DNA of 64,000 bases. It comes from Candidatus Poribacteria bacterium. GTDB taxonomy: Bacteria > Poribacteria > WGA-4E > WGA-3G. Every line of letters starts with the position of its first letter. The stretch's first letter is position 1. The position numbers were made by a program, and so were the translations under genes. Location of the stretch: assembly GCA_022394755.1 (NCBI GenBank), contig JAGFCA010000023.1:17342-81341 (forward strand). Direction: 5' to 3'. Positions 49,985 through 59,044 of this stretch are shown here, in pieces. The notes below the pieces were generated by a model. The model was not told the origin of the DNA and did no database searches. It was given only the letters and a program-made list of their open reading frames with translations.

Positions 49985-50605
49985 ATGTTTAATGAAAAAA
50001 TAGTCTATATGTTTGTAGTAATATTGTATATATCACTAACTGGATGTGTCATATTTACTCAACAAGAATGGAGTGAAAACTATGCCCTAATGGAAGGTGT
50101 AAAGTCAAACAGTCCGTTAGTAATAGATGGCAAAATTGATACAATTGGTGGGGCACAACTACCCAGGAATTCATCTGGTCGTTTGTCTTCACCTGAAATA
50201 ACCATCACTTTGCCAGAAAAGAAAGTTATAAGAAAATTAATCATTCATTCCGATAATATCAAGAAATTAGTAATCTTTGCTGATAAAGGTGGAACTATAC
50301 ATTCAAGCACAGATTGGCAATTATTAAAAGAAATTAAATCCGTAAAGACATATCCGCTTGAGATTCCAATTCTGTATTCACACCCCACAGATAAATTGAG
50401 AATTGTTATCTTAGATACAACTGATGATGCAGTCGTTGCAAGAAAACAGAAAGCAGAAAGGTCAAGAATGGATTTTGGTAACTTAGCATTTGGTAGAGCT
50501 GGATTAAGTATGTTTAATCGAAGATATAATAATGTCAGGATTGGAGAAATTGAAATTTATGGATATAAATCATCGAAAAAGACGGAAGAATCTACATTAC
50601 ATTAA
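49985..50605 (+). CDS. Lipoprotein with discoidin/galactose-binding-like domain (paralog 1)
   Basis: Lipobox LTGC. ...IDGKIDT...ITITLPEKKVIRKLIIH...RIGEIEIYGY resembles the F5/8-type-C fold pattern. AGGAG RBS. Confidence 0.45.
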   Translation: MFNEKIVYMFVVILYISLTGCVIFTQQEWSENYALMEGVKSNSPLVIDGKIDTIGGAQLPRNSSGRLSSPEITITLPEKKVIRKLIIHSDNIKKLVIFADKGGTIHSSTDWQLLKEIKSVKTYPLEIPILYSHPTDKLRIVILDTTDDAVVARKQKAERSRMDFGNLAFGRAGLSMFNRRYNNVRIGEIEIYGYKSSKKTEESTLH

Positions 50606-50734
50606 CAAATTTCATTCTTAATTCAACAACAGAAATGAGTTTTTAAACCTATTTTATACTAATGTAAAATTTTGCAGTTTGAATTATCAATAGTAAATTT
50701 AGGAATTTTAAGATTTAAATAATTGGAGTCTAAA

Positions 50735-51265
50735 ATGTTAAATAGATTGATAATACTGATGTTTCAATTCATGGTGGTTCTAATTCTATCAGGTTGTGCG
50801 GTGATATTGTCTGAGCAAGAATGGAGTGAAAACTATGCATTAATGGATGGAACAACATCCACAAGTTTGACCATGATTGATGGAGATCTCAATACAGTGG
50901 GTGAAGCAAGATCAAACAATAGTTCAATTAGATTAATGGGACAAAAACCCTCACCAGAAGTAATTATTACATTACCAGAAAAAAAGTTTATACGAAAAGT
51001 CATTATACATACTGATAACGTAAAGAAATTTAATCTATATGCAGATAAAAGTGGAAGTACTTTATCAAAACCAGACTGGCATTTATTAAAAGAAGAAAAA
51101 AGCGTAAAAAACGGTAACATCATCATTCCTATCATGTCTACCTTTCCAAGCGATAAAATCAGAATTGTTGTATTAGGCACAACAGATGATGCAGCACTTA
51201 CTCGAGAAACTGTTGCAAAATTAGAAAGGACGAAAACAACAAGAAAAATTAGGGGTTCAACCTGA
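50735..51265 (+). CDS. Lipoprotein paralog 2, terminated by an in-frame TGA before the conserved C-terminal strand (possible pseudogene or recoded gene)
   Basis: Lipobox LSGC. Collinear with paralog 1 (QEWSENYALM, ITLPEKKFIRKVIIH, TTDDA). ATG 50735 follows TGGAG. Confidence 0.5.
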   Translation: MLNRLIILMFQFMVVLILSGCAVILSEQEWSENYALMDGTTSTSLTMIDGDLNTVGEARSNNSSIRLMGQKPSPEVIITLPEKKFIRKVIIHTDNVKKFNLYADKSGSTLSKPDWHLLKEEKSVKNGNIIIPIMSTFPSDKIRIVVLGTTDDAALTRETVAKLERTKTTRKIRGST

Positions 51266-51430
51266 AGAAAAAAGACTGGATCAGGTGGTCCAACAAGAGT
51301 TAAAGCTCCTGCAAAAATTAGTGAAATTGAGATATATGGATATGAAACTCAAGAAAAATCTGAAGAAGATCCAATCAATCATACAATAATTAAAGCCCCT
51401 AAAGTAAACTCTGATAATCTTTTATATTAA
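51263..51430 (+). other. In-frame UGA plus a 54-codon open extension encoding the missing conserved ...KISEIEIYGYE strand
   Basis: Same frame as 50735-51265 and open to TAA 51428-51430. Hairpin TGGATC-AGGT-GGTCCA at 51277-51292, 11 nt after the TGA. Confidence 0.5.
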
Positions 51431-51470
51431 TATGATTTAGGTTTTTTAGTCAATTTATGGGTTGATAAAT

Positions 51471-51941
51471 ATGAGATATTTTGCTTACGGGTCTAACCTA
51501 AATAAAAAACATATGATGTGGCGGTGTAAAAATGCTAAAGATTTAGGTGTTTATACCTTGGAAGGATATCAACTTACATTCCGGTATTATGCTGATATTA
51601 TTCCAATGGAAGGGCAATCAGTTATTGGTGGATTATGGGAAATTACAACAGATGATGAAGTCAGTCTTGATAAATATGAAGGATATCCTGAATTATATAG
51701 GAAACATACCCAAGATGGCATAATGTTCTATTATATGAGAGATGATACAAGAGGATTAGAACTTCCTGCCCATGGATATCTTGAAGGTATGCTTGAAGGT
51801 ATGGAACATTTTGACTTGCCACCTATTGAAACTCTAAATCATAATCTTGGTAATCCTCCGATGGATAATAAAGCCTTTATTGGGGATCAAGTTGAGACTT
51901 CAATTCGATTGATTGCTGATTCTTTAGGACTTACACTGTAA
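51471..51941 (+). CDS. Gamma-glutamylcyclotransferase (AIG2/GGCT-like) family protein
   Basis: MRYFAYGSNL N-terminus and ...YEGYPELY are typical of the GGCT-like fold. Confidence 0.65.
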   Translation: MRYFAYGSNLNKKHMMWRCKNAKDLGVYTLEGYQLTFRYYADIIPMEGQSVIGGLWEITTDDEVSLDKYEGYPELYRKHTQDGIMFYYMRDDTRGLELPAHGYLEGMLEGMEHFDLPPIETLNHNLGNPPMDNKAFIGDQVETSIRLIADSLGLTL

Positions 51942-52036
51942 ACACTATGGTAAGTTAAATATAAAGAATCATTTACATAATTATAATGTATTGATATCTT
52001 TATACTGATTAACATTAAAAATCATTATTAAATATA

Positions 52037-52987
52037 CTAAAGAATCGTTAATTCATCCTCTTCACCGCTATCAATGAGGACTTTTTCCAACTCAACAGCA
52101 ATGGATCTAAAGGCATTTGATTGTGGTGATTCTGGTCGTCCGGCAACGATTGGTACCCCCAGATCTCCTGCAGTGCATACTTCAGCATCAAGTGGAATAT
52201 CCCCTAAAAATGATACACCAAGTCTTTCACTCGTCTTTTTCCCACCATCTGATCTAAAGATTTCTGTTTTCTCATTACATTTAGGACATTGAAAATAACT
52301 CATATTCTCAATTACACCAAGAATTGGAACACCAAGTCTTTCAAACATTGCCACACCGCGACGTACATCTGCCAATGCAACATCTTGTGGTGTTGTTACA
52401 ATTACTGCTCCTGTCAATGGAAGTGCTTGGGTCAGACTTAATGCTACATCACCTGTTCCTGGGGGTAAATCAATAATCAGATAATCCAATTCCCCCCACT
52501 CTACATCACTGAGAAATTGACGTATTGCACTATGAAGCATCGGTCCCCGCCAAATCATTGCTTGTTCTTCTGGAACCATAAACCCTATAGACATGAGACT
52601 GATATTATGTCTCATCAATGGTATGAGTTTTCTCTCCGGACTCGTCTTAGGTTTCTCTTGGATTCCCATCATTGTAGGGATACTTGGACCATAGGCATCA
52701 GCATCCATCAACCCAACATTTGAACCCATTTGAGCAAGTGATATAGCTAAATTCGTTGCAACAGTTGATTTTCCTACACCACCTTTTCCACTTGCAATAG
52801 CGATTTTATATTTTACATTAGGTAGAACAATATTTTGCTGTTGCTGATGTTGATGGGTTTGTTCACCTGACGGTTGAGTCTTATTATCAGATATTTCTGA
52901 ACCACTAATTACCTTTAACTCTGGATGTGGTTTTGAGGGAGTAGAATCCTGTTTTTTAGGATCTTCTCCTTTCTTAAAAAACTTCAA
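52037..52987 (-). CDS. Mrp/NBP35/ApbC-family iron-sulfur cluster carrier ATPase
   Basis: ASGKGGVGKSTVATNLA deviant Walker A, DLPPGTGD and CPKC. Start uncertain: TTG 52987 has an AGGAG RBS, and the ORF extends to TTG 53005. Confidence 0.85.
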   Translation of the reverse strand: MKFFKKGEDPKKQDSTPSKPHPELKVISGSEISDNKTQPSGEQTHQHQQQQNIVLPNVKYKIAIASGKGGVGKSTVATNLAISLAQMGSNVGLMDADAYGPSIPTMMGIQEKPKTSPERKLIPLMRHNISLMSIGFMVPEEQAMIWRGPMLHSAIRQFLSDVEWGELDYLIIDLPPGTGDVALSLTQALPLTGAVIVTTPQDVALADVRRGVAMFERLGVPILGVIENMSYFQCPKCNEKTEIFRSDGGKKTSERLGVSFLGDIPLDAEVCTAGDLGVPIVAGRPESPQSNAFRSIAVELEKVLIDSGEEDELTIL

Positions 52988-53305
52988 ATGATTCTCCTGT
53001 TTCAATTATTTATACTTAATAATGCCATGTTATTCTTGAAATTACCACTGATTTTATAATTCATACTTAGCTTTCAATATTCTCAAATTGAATACACACT
53101 TCGTTGAACCAGATACAAAAGTTTACGTTTCAAAATCACTGTAAACAAATAATTAATTGATGAATCCAGTTAATAGAATGCAATTATCGGGACAAGGTTA
53201 CATCAGTCTATCATATTAAGATTATTCTTACTTACTTCAATTTGTTTTCTTTTTTATTTTTATACTGTATAATAATGTGAAAACTGACTATGAAAGGACA
53301 ATCAG

Positions 53306-53971
53306 ATGAATATACTTATGCTACGCCATTCAGCAGGTTTTGAACATAGCTATCTACCAAATTCTGAGGTAGCCTTGAAAGAAATTGGAGCAGCCAATGG
53401 CTGGAATGTTGTAACTACACATCGTTGTGATAGAATTACAGAAGAAAATTTATCAAAACAGGATATTGTTGCATTTGCAACAACAGGCAATTTACCATTT
53501 GAAGATTCACAGAAAGATGCATTATTGAACTTTGTGAATAATGGTAAAGGCTTTTTTGGTATACATAATGCCACTGATACATTTTATGACTGGCCAGAGT
53601 ATGGTGAAATGCTTGGGGGTTACTTTAATGGTCATCCATGGCATGAAGAAGTAAATGTAATTGTAGAAGATACAAATCATCCATCTACACGGATGCTCGG
53701 TGATAGTTTTAAAGTCGTCGATGAGATTTATACCTTCAAGAATTGGTCACGCGAGAATACACATGTTCTCATGAGGTTAGATAACGACTCAATAGATGTT
53801 TCTAAAGGTAATCGAGATGATGATGATTATGCTTTAGGTTGGTGTCATACCTATGGGAAAGGACGTGTGATGTATACTGCTCTTGGGCACCCTGATAACC
53901 TTTGGGCTCAACCCTGGTTTCATGATCATATTGCTGGATGTATCAAATGGACTGCAGGTATAGAGGATTAA
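53306..53971 (+). CDS. ThuA-domain (trehalose-utilisation-like) protein
   Basis: 221 aa. GFEHS..., GFFGIHNATDTF and GGYFNGHPW blocks. Confidence 0.7.
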   Translation: MNILMLRHSAGFEHSYLPNSEVALKEIGAANGWNVVTTHRCDRITEENLSKQDIVAFATTGNLPFEDSQKDALLNFVNNGKGFFGIHNATDTFYDWPEYGEMLGGYFNGHPWHEEVNVIVEDTNHPSTRMLGDSFKVVDEIYTFKNWSRENTHVLMRLDNDSIDVSKGNRDDDDYALGWCHTYGKGRVMYTALGHPDNLWAQPWFHDHIAGCIKWTAGIED

Positions 53972-53979
53972 CCGAATAA

Positions 53980-54048
53980 TTAGTTATCAGTTTATTATAG
54001 AAATTTATATGGTTTTAAACTGTAAATTCTATAGAAACTGATAACTAA
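53980..54048. terminator. Long hairpin between convergent genes (possible bidirectional terminator)
   Basis: TTAGTTATCAGTTT (53980-53993) pairs perfectly with AAACTGATAACTAA (54035-54048). Inner imperfect TATAGAAATTT/AAATTCTATA pairing. Confidence 0.4.
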
Positions 54049-54056
54049 CCAACTAA

Positions 54057-55052
54057 CTATATTGCTCCAGTAGCCCGTAAGAGTGTTTCTTGGACTAACA
54101 ATTCATGTGATACAGGACGATCTGGTTGTTGTTTTCCTGCTATTGTGTCAAGAAATGCAACTAATTCCAATTCATAAGTTCTTTGACGACTTTCCCCATC
54201 TATCTGAACTATCTGCTCACCTTCATTATATCCATTCTTAGCTTTCTGAAGACTCAATCGAATAGAAAGCCCTGGTTCAAAGGGTTCAACAATTATGGCA
54301 CTCCCTTCAGTACCATATACCTCAAACCGGCGTGCAACAGGTCGCGGTTCTAAAGCAGATATTGAAATAAATGCCATGGCATTCTGAAATTCATATACTG
54401 TCAGGGTATTATCTTTAAAGGGTTCAAGTGATCCACCATCGTTACGTAGAAAACTGGTCACCTTTTCTGGACGTCCCAATATCCATAATACTTGGTCAAG
54501 TACATGACCACCTAAATCAAAATATATACCACCAAGGTGTTGACTTTCACGCGTACGAGATTCTTTTGAAATATTTGTTGACATATGTGCACGAACACTG
54601 AAGATATCACCTAAAAATCCTGATCTTGCCCATTCTGTAACCTGTCTAAATGATGAATGATACCTTAACATATATCCTAATTGGACATGTATTGAATTAT
54701 CTTGTGCTGTCTGAATTACACGTTGCCACTGTTCCCAGTTCTCACCTGCTGGTTTGTCATACCATACATGTTTACCAGCATTAACAATCTCTTCTGTTTG
54801 ATCTAAACTCTCGGCATTGTTGCCTTCCGATGCGATTGCAACTATAGTATCATCCTGAAGCATTTCATCTGAATCCGAATAGTAGTATACATCTTTGAAT
54901 GCATTATTACCTGATTTTAGTTGTTGGCGTCTTTCTATATCAGGTTCAAATACGCCAGTAACCTCTACATCAGGATTATCAAGCATTGCCTGAAGTTTAC
55001 CACGTGCATGTCCATGTTTTGTACCATATTGAGCCATTCGTATTTTTGCCAT
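54057..55052 (-). CDS. Gfo/Idh/MocA-family oxidoreductase
   Basis: N-terminal Rossmann-like RMAQYGTKHGHA with a C-terminal alpha/beta domain. ATG 55052 follows GGAGGG. Confidence 0.75.
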   Translation of the reverse strand: MAKIRMAQYGTKHGHARGKLQAMLDNPDVEVTGVFEPDIERRQQLKSGNNAFKDVYYYSDSDEMLQDDTIVAIASEGNNAESLDQTEEIVNAGKHVWYDKPAGENWEQWQRVIQTAQDNSIHVQLGYMLRYHSSFRQVTEWARSGFLGDIFSVRAHMSTNISKESRTRESQHLGGIYFDLGGHVLDQVLWILGRPEKVTSFLRNDGGSLEPFKDNTLTVYEFQNAMAFISISALEPRPVARRFEVYGTEGSAIIVEPFEPGLSIRLSLQKAKNGYNEGEQIVQIDGESRQRTYELELVAFLDTIAGKQQPDRPVSHELLVQETLLRATGAI

Positions 55053-55355
55053 ATTCACCCTCCAAAGTAGTTTCGTTAACTTCAGTATTCTATACACAAA
55101 GTTTCATAAGTCAAGAGAAAAGAAACCATTTGCCGATAATTACAAGAGTAAAATATTGGTATTACATAGAATCTATATTCATTAATCAGATATTGGACTG
55201 AGATATACTAAATCTCCTATTATACACCATATATCTGACAAAATAGTTTAAATATATTACTAATATGTTAATATTAACTTGCATATAAATATAACATATG
55301 TTATTATTATTTTAGTTGTATAGGATTTATAATTTATATAATTGGTGATAATTAC

Positions 55356-55592
55356 ATGATCTCTAACTACTACTTTGAGATATTAGATAAAGCAAACCAA
55401 CAACTTACTGAACAATGGAGTCTATTGGTAAATACACGTTCAGAGAATGGTATTATTGATAAAACTAAGTTACAAAAGATTGAAATGGATTATTTTCAAT
55501 CGCTTCAGATCGTATTACATGCCGTTGAGAACGCTATTTATTCTCAAACCAAATCAAAAGAAACTAATACTGAGAATGATATAGATATCTAA
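55356..55592 (+). CDS. Hypothetical small protein (78 aa)
   Basis: ORF only, with no recognisable motif. Weak RBS context. Confidence 0.25.
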   Translation: MISNYYFEILDKANQQLTEQWSLLVNTRSENGIIDKTKLQKIEMDYFQSLQIVLHAVENAIYSQTKSKETNTENDIDI

Positions 55593-55764
55593 TTTCAATT
55601 CTGACACAACTACCATTTTCTACTCGTTTAATTTTACTGATATGTTTATATTTCAAATTCTTATATATTTACGAACGTTAACTATTGACAACAAACAATG
55701 TGTATGTTAGATTAACCTTATTGACAATTTCTTAATTTTCTATGCCTAAAAGTGAGGTAAGATA

Positions 55765-56085
55765 ATGTTTGTTATAATTGCACCTATTCAGATAAAAGAG
55801 GGACACAGAGAAGAATTCATAGAGGCAATGTTAGATGATGCAATTGGTTCAGTGAACGATGAACCAGGTTGTTTAAGGTTTGATGTTATACAAGACGGGG
55901 ATGATCCAAATAGAATATGGTTATATGAAATTTATGTTGATGAAGATGCATTTCAAGAGCATCTAAAGGCACCACATTTCATAAAATGGCGTGATACCGT
56001 TAAAGATTGGTTTGCTGAGAATGATCTTAAAGGTGCTGGCAGTGGAAGTTTTACACTGTATCCACCTGATGATGATTGGAAGTAG
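55765..56085 (+). CDS. Antibiotic-biosynthesis-monooxygenase (ABM/YgiN-like) domain protein
   Basis: 106 aa. ...KEGHREEFIEAM...EPGCLRFDV...YEIYVDEDAFQEHLKAPHF. GAGG RBS. Confidence 0.7.
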   Translation: MFVIIAPIQIKEGHREEFIEAMLDDAIGSVNDEPGCLRFDVIQDGDDPNRIWLYEIYVDEDAFQEHLKAPHFIKWRDTVKDWFAENDLKGAGSGSFTLYPPDDDWK

Positions 56086-56211
56086 TTTCTTAATCTAATA
56101 CATTACTCAATAAACCAAAAGTATGTATTACTACTTTTACATAAAATTCCATTAGAATATGGTAAGAGAAAAATGTATTATATAAACTAAAATTCTACTT
56201 TTTTGTAAAAT

Positions 56212-56252
56212 AATAAGGTATTTCCTAATACAGGAAATACCTTATTATTTTT
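56212..56252 (+). terminator. Rho-independent terminator
   Basis: Perfect 15-bp stem AATAAGGTATTTCCT/AGGAAATACCTTATT with loop AATAC, followed by ATTTTT. Confidence 0.75.
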
Positions 56253-56781
56253 GGTAGACTTCGGTATATATGGGTATAATAAATAAAAAAGAGTCTACCA
56301 ACGGTCTATGAGATCATAATTATTGTTAGATTGATTTCATAACATTTGAAATCTTAGGTTTAATTTGTATTTAATTTCTCATAGATTGTATTGAGAATGA
56401 ATTCAAAATGATTTGATAAAAAACCACTATAGAATTAACGTTTTAAATAATTGTTTCAAAATATTATAACGAGTAAACTCGTTCTATATTTCAAAAAATT
56501 TAATATAACTAAGGAATTTTTCCAAATAAGATATCCATGATAATAATCAACAAGAATCAATTTCATATTTAATATTCTATCTTAATATTCAAACTTACAT
56601 CACAATTTCAAAGAGTGTTACATAGAGTTGGTTTATAATATTAATTCTACGTTAAAACAACGATTTATTTACTCTATATTTCATTGGGTTGAATTAGTTG
56701 ATTACAGTTTTTTCTTGCATTCAATACAAAAATAATCTAAACTAAGCATAAATTTCAAAATCGCACTATAGGAGAATGAAT

Positions 56782-57867
56782 ATGGCAATTCGTGTAGGTA
56801 TTGTTGGAACTGGTGGTATATCACGTGCACATATTAATGCATATCGTAAAGCTGGTGGATTCGAGATTGTTGCAGTTTGTGATATCATTGCGAGTAAGGC
56901 GAGACAAGCAGCTGAAGAATGGGATGTACCTAAAAAGAATGTCTTCACAAGTGTTGGTAAAATGTTGGAAATGGACGAAATAGATACAGTTAGTGTTTGT
57001 ACTTATAACCAAGGTCATCGACGTCCAACTGTTGCTGCATTGAATGCAGGAAAACACGTCTTTTGTGAAAAACCAATGGCAGCTACCCTCGCTGATGCTA
57101 CTGCCATGGTTCGGGCAGCAAAAGAGTCAGGCAAGATACTTCAAATAGGAATCCATAGTACTTTTCATCCCGGACTTCAATTTGCAAAAAAGGTCATTGA
57201 TGAAGGTATACTTGGTGATATTTACTATTCGGAGTCTGCTGGATGTCGACGTCGAGGAAATCCTGGACATACATTTATCTATAAGAAAACTGCAGGAGCT
57301 GGGGCAATTGTTGATATAGGTGTTTATAATATGCATAATTCACTTTATGCAATGGGATATCCAAAACCAGTAAGAGTATCTGCTATCACTGAAGATTATA
57401 TCTCCATGCAAGATCCACGTTTTAAAGATGAGATGGATGTAGAAGAATTTGGGGCAGCATGGGTTAGATTTGAAAACGGTGGGGTTTTACTATTTAAAAT
57501 CTCTTGGGCAGTTCATCAAAATACTCTTGGTGGAAACTTCTGTCTTGGAAAAGAAGCTGGAATCTCATTGGATGGTCCTGTGGTTTTCGCTGATTCTTAT
57601 AGTAATGATTTACAGAAACTCGTGAAATCTGAAGGTCTTACGGCAAATCCTGACCCTCCAGATGGTATGACAACTATAAGTTTTGAAGGATTTCAAGGAG
57701 TAGATGTTTGGGAAGCTCAGATGGTTGCTTTCCGTGAAGCAGTAAAAACTGATGGTCCTTCTCCTATTCCACCTGATGGTGTTCTTCTTACCAATGTTAT
57801 TATGGATGGAATATTCCGATCACATAAATCTGGTAAAGAAGTCGCAGTAAAGGTACCTGAGTTTTAA
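56782..57867 (+). CDS. Gfo/Idh/MocA-family oxidoreductase
   Basis: IRVGIVGTGGISRAH Rossmann motif and EKPMA. ATG 56782 sits at good spacing from AGGAGA. Confidence 0.85.
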   Translation: MAIRVGIVGTGGISRAHINAYRKAGGFEIVAVCDIIASKARQAAEEWDVPKKNVFTSVGKMLEMDEIDTVSVCTYNQGHRRPTVAALNAGKHVFCEKPMAATLADATAMVRAAKESGKILQIGIHSTFHPGLQFAKKVIDEGILGDIYYSESAGCRRRGNPGHTFIYKKTAGAGAIVDIGVYNMHNSLYAMGYPKPVRVSAITEDYISMQDPRFKDEMDVEEFGAAWVRFENGGVLLFKISWAVHQNTLGGNFCLGKEAGISLDGPVVFADSYSNDLQKLVKSEGLTANPDPPDGMTTISFEGFQGVDVWEAQMVAFREAVKTDGPSPIPPDGVLLTNVIMDGIFRSHKSGKEVAVKVPEF

Positions 57868-57903
57868 ATTAGCTTCAAATTTTGTCTGATCTTGTATACA
57901 TAG

Positions 57904-57944
57904 AAAAGTGGTTTGGTGATGGGTGTTATCTCCAAACCACTTTT
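57904..57944. terminator. Bidirectional Rho-independent terminator between convergent genes
   Basis: AAAAGTGGTTTGG (57904-57916) pairs with CCAAACCACTTTT (57932-57944). The A-tract and T-tract are part of the arms. Confidence 0.65.
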
Positions 57945-57995
57945 ATAATTTAATTTTTTACCAATTAATCAGAGAAATGTCGGATAGAGTTAATA

Positions 57996-59039
57996 TTATT
58001 TGTGGAGTTTCGTATGGATTACGAAAATTTGCCCTTGACTTTCTCGATCCCCAACATTAACCTGCTGCCTTAATTTCATTGTATTCTGCTGATTAATCAT
58101 TTTTTTCAATTGAACTCCATGCGTCGTATGTAATACTATATTTCCTGAAGGCTTTATTAAATAATTGAACTTATCAAGACAATTTTTTATTAACTCTTGT
58201 TGTTGAATATCTGTGGGAAAATTACATACAATTTTGTCAATAGAGTTAGGTTGCAAAGGAAGAGATTGGACATTCCAATAGAAAAACTGACACGGTTGAT
58301 GTTGTCGTCCAAAATTATTTAGTGTTGCATCAATGGCACTCTTAGATAAATCTCCACCGATCAAATATCTATACCGACCTGAATTGGCACGTTCCAGAAG
58401 AATTGTACCTGCCCCACACATAGGATCTAAGAAAATATCATTTGGTTGAGGTCTTGACAACCTTACCATACTATATGCTAAAGTAGGCTTTATAGAATCA
58501 GATAAGCTTATTTGTTTTCTGGACCGTTGAGCAAAATCCGATGTTGACAATCGTATACTGATATAGGCATCATCTCCATATACCTCATTCCATACATCCA
58601 ATCCGGAGTTGGAATCAGACAGTTTCCAACCACGTTCAATTAACACTCTTTCTACAACCTGATGTAAATCTCTCTTTTGAAAATTCCTGAATCCTGCCAT
58701 GCGTGTGATGACTCGGAACTGAACACGTTTTTTAATTCTTAAACCTACTTGTCGACAAATTGTCATTACTTCTTCAAAGTTAAACCTGTTTAAAGAATGA
58801 CGTATAGATGCTAAGGAACTTCGAGAACGTGTAATTTTTGGAATATGTCTAATTACAAGGAATAGATGTTCAGCAGACCTGATGGATAAAAGGTCTTTTG
58901 GATTACCAGTAAACTGGAACACAATCCTACGAGGTTTTCTAAGTATGATCTTGAAATCCTTCGTTTCACCAAAACGTGAATTCAATTCCTGACGGGCGAT
59001 ATTTTCTAATCCACCGATAACAAATATTGAATATATCAT
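57996..59039 (-). CDS. THUMP-domain class I SAM-dependent methyltransferase (RNA methylase UPF0020-like)
   Basis: N-terminal THUMP-like region and the SAM motif DPMCGAGTILLE. The motif IV position reads NFPT rather than NPPY. ATG 59039 lies 5 nt after the upstream stop. The ORF track starts at TTG 59063. Confidence 0.65.
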   Translation of the reverse strand: MIYSIFVIGGLENIARQELNSRFGETKDFKIILRKPRRIVFQFTGNPKDLLSIRSAEHLFLVIRHIPKITRSRSSLASIRHSLNRFNFEEVMTICRQVGLRIKKRVQFRVITRMAGFRNFQKRDLHQVVERVLIERGWKLSDSNSGLDVWNEVYGDDAYISIRLSTSDFAQRSRKQISLSDSIKPTLAYSMVRLSRPQPNDIFLDPMCGAGTILLERANSGRYRYLIGGDLSKSAIDATLNNFGRQHQPCQFFYWNVQSLPLQPNSIDKIVCNFPTDIQQQELIKNCLDKFNYLIKPSGNIVLHTTHGVQLKKMINQQNTMKLRQQVNVGDRESQGQIFVIHTKLHK

Positions 59040-59044
59040 AATCC

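Noticed and set aside
51263-51265. Genome-wide reassignment of UGA (code 4/25) as the explanation for the in-frame TGA
   Set aside because: TGA terminates uxuA (38445-38447) and the 15873-18197 gene at natural-looking C-termini. No other long ORFs appear to be broken by TGA.
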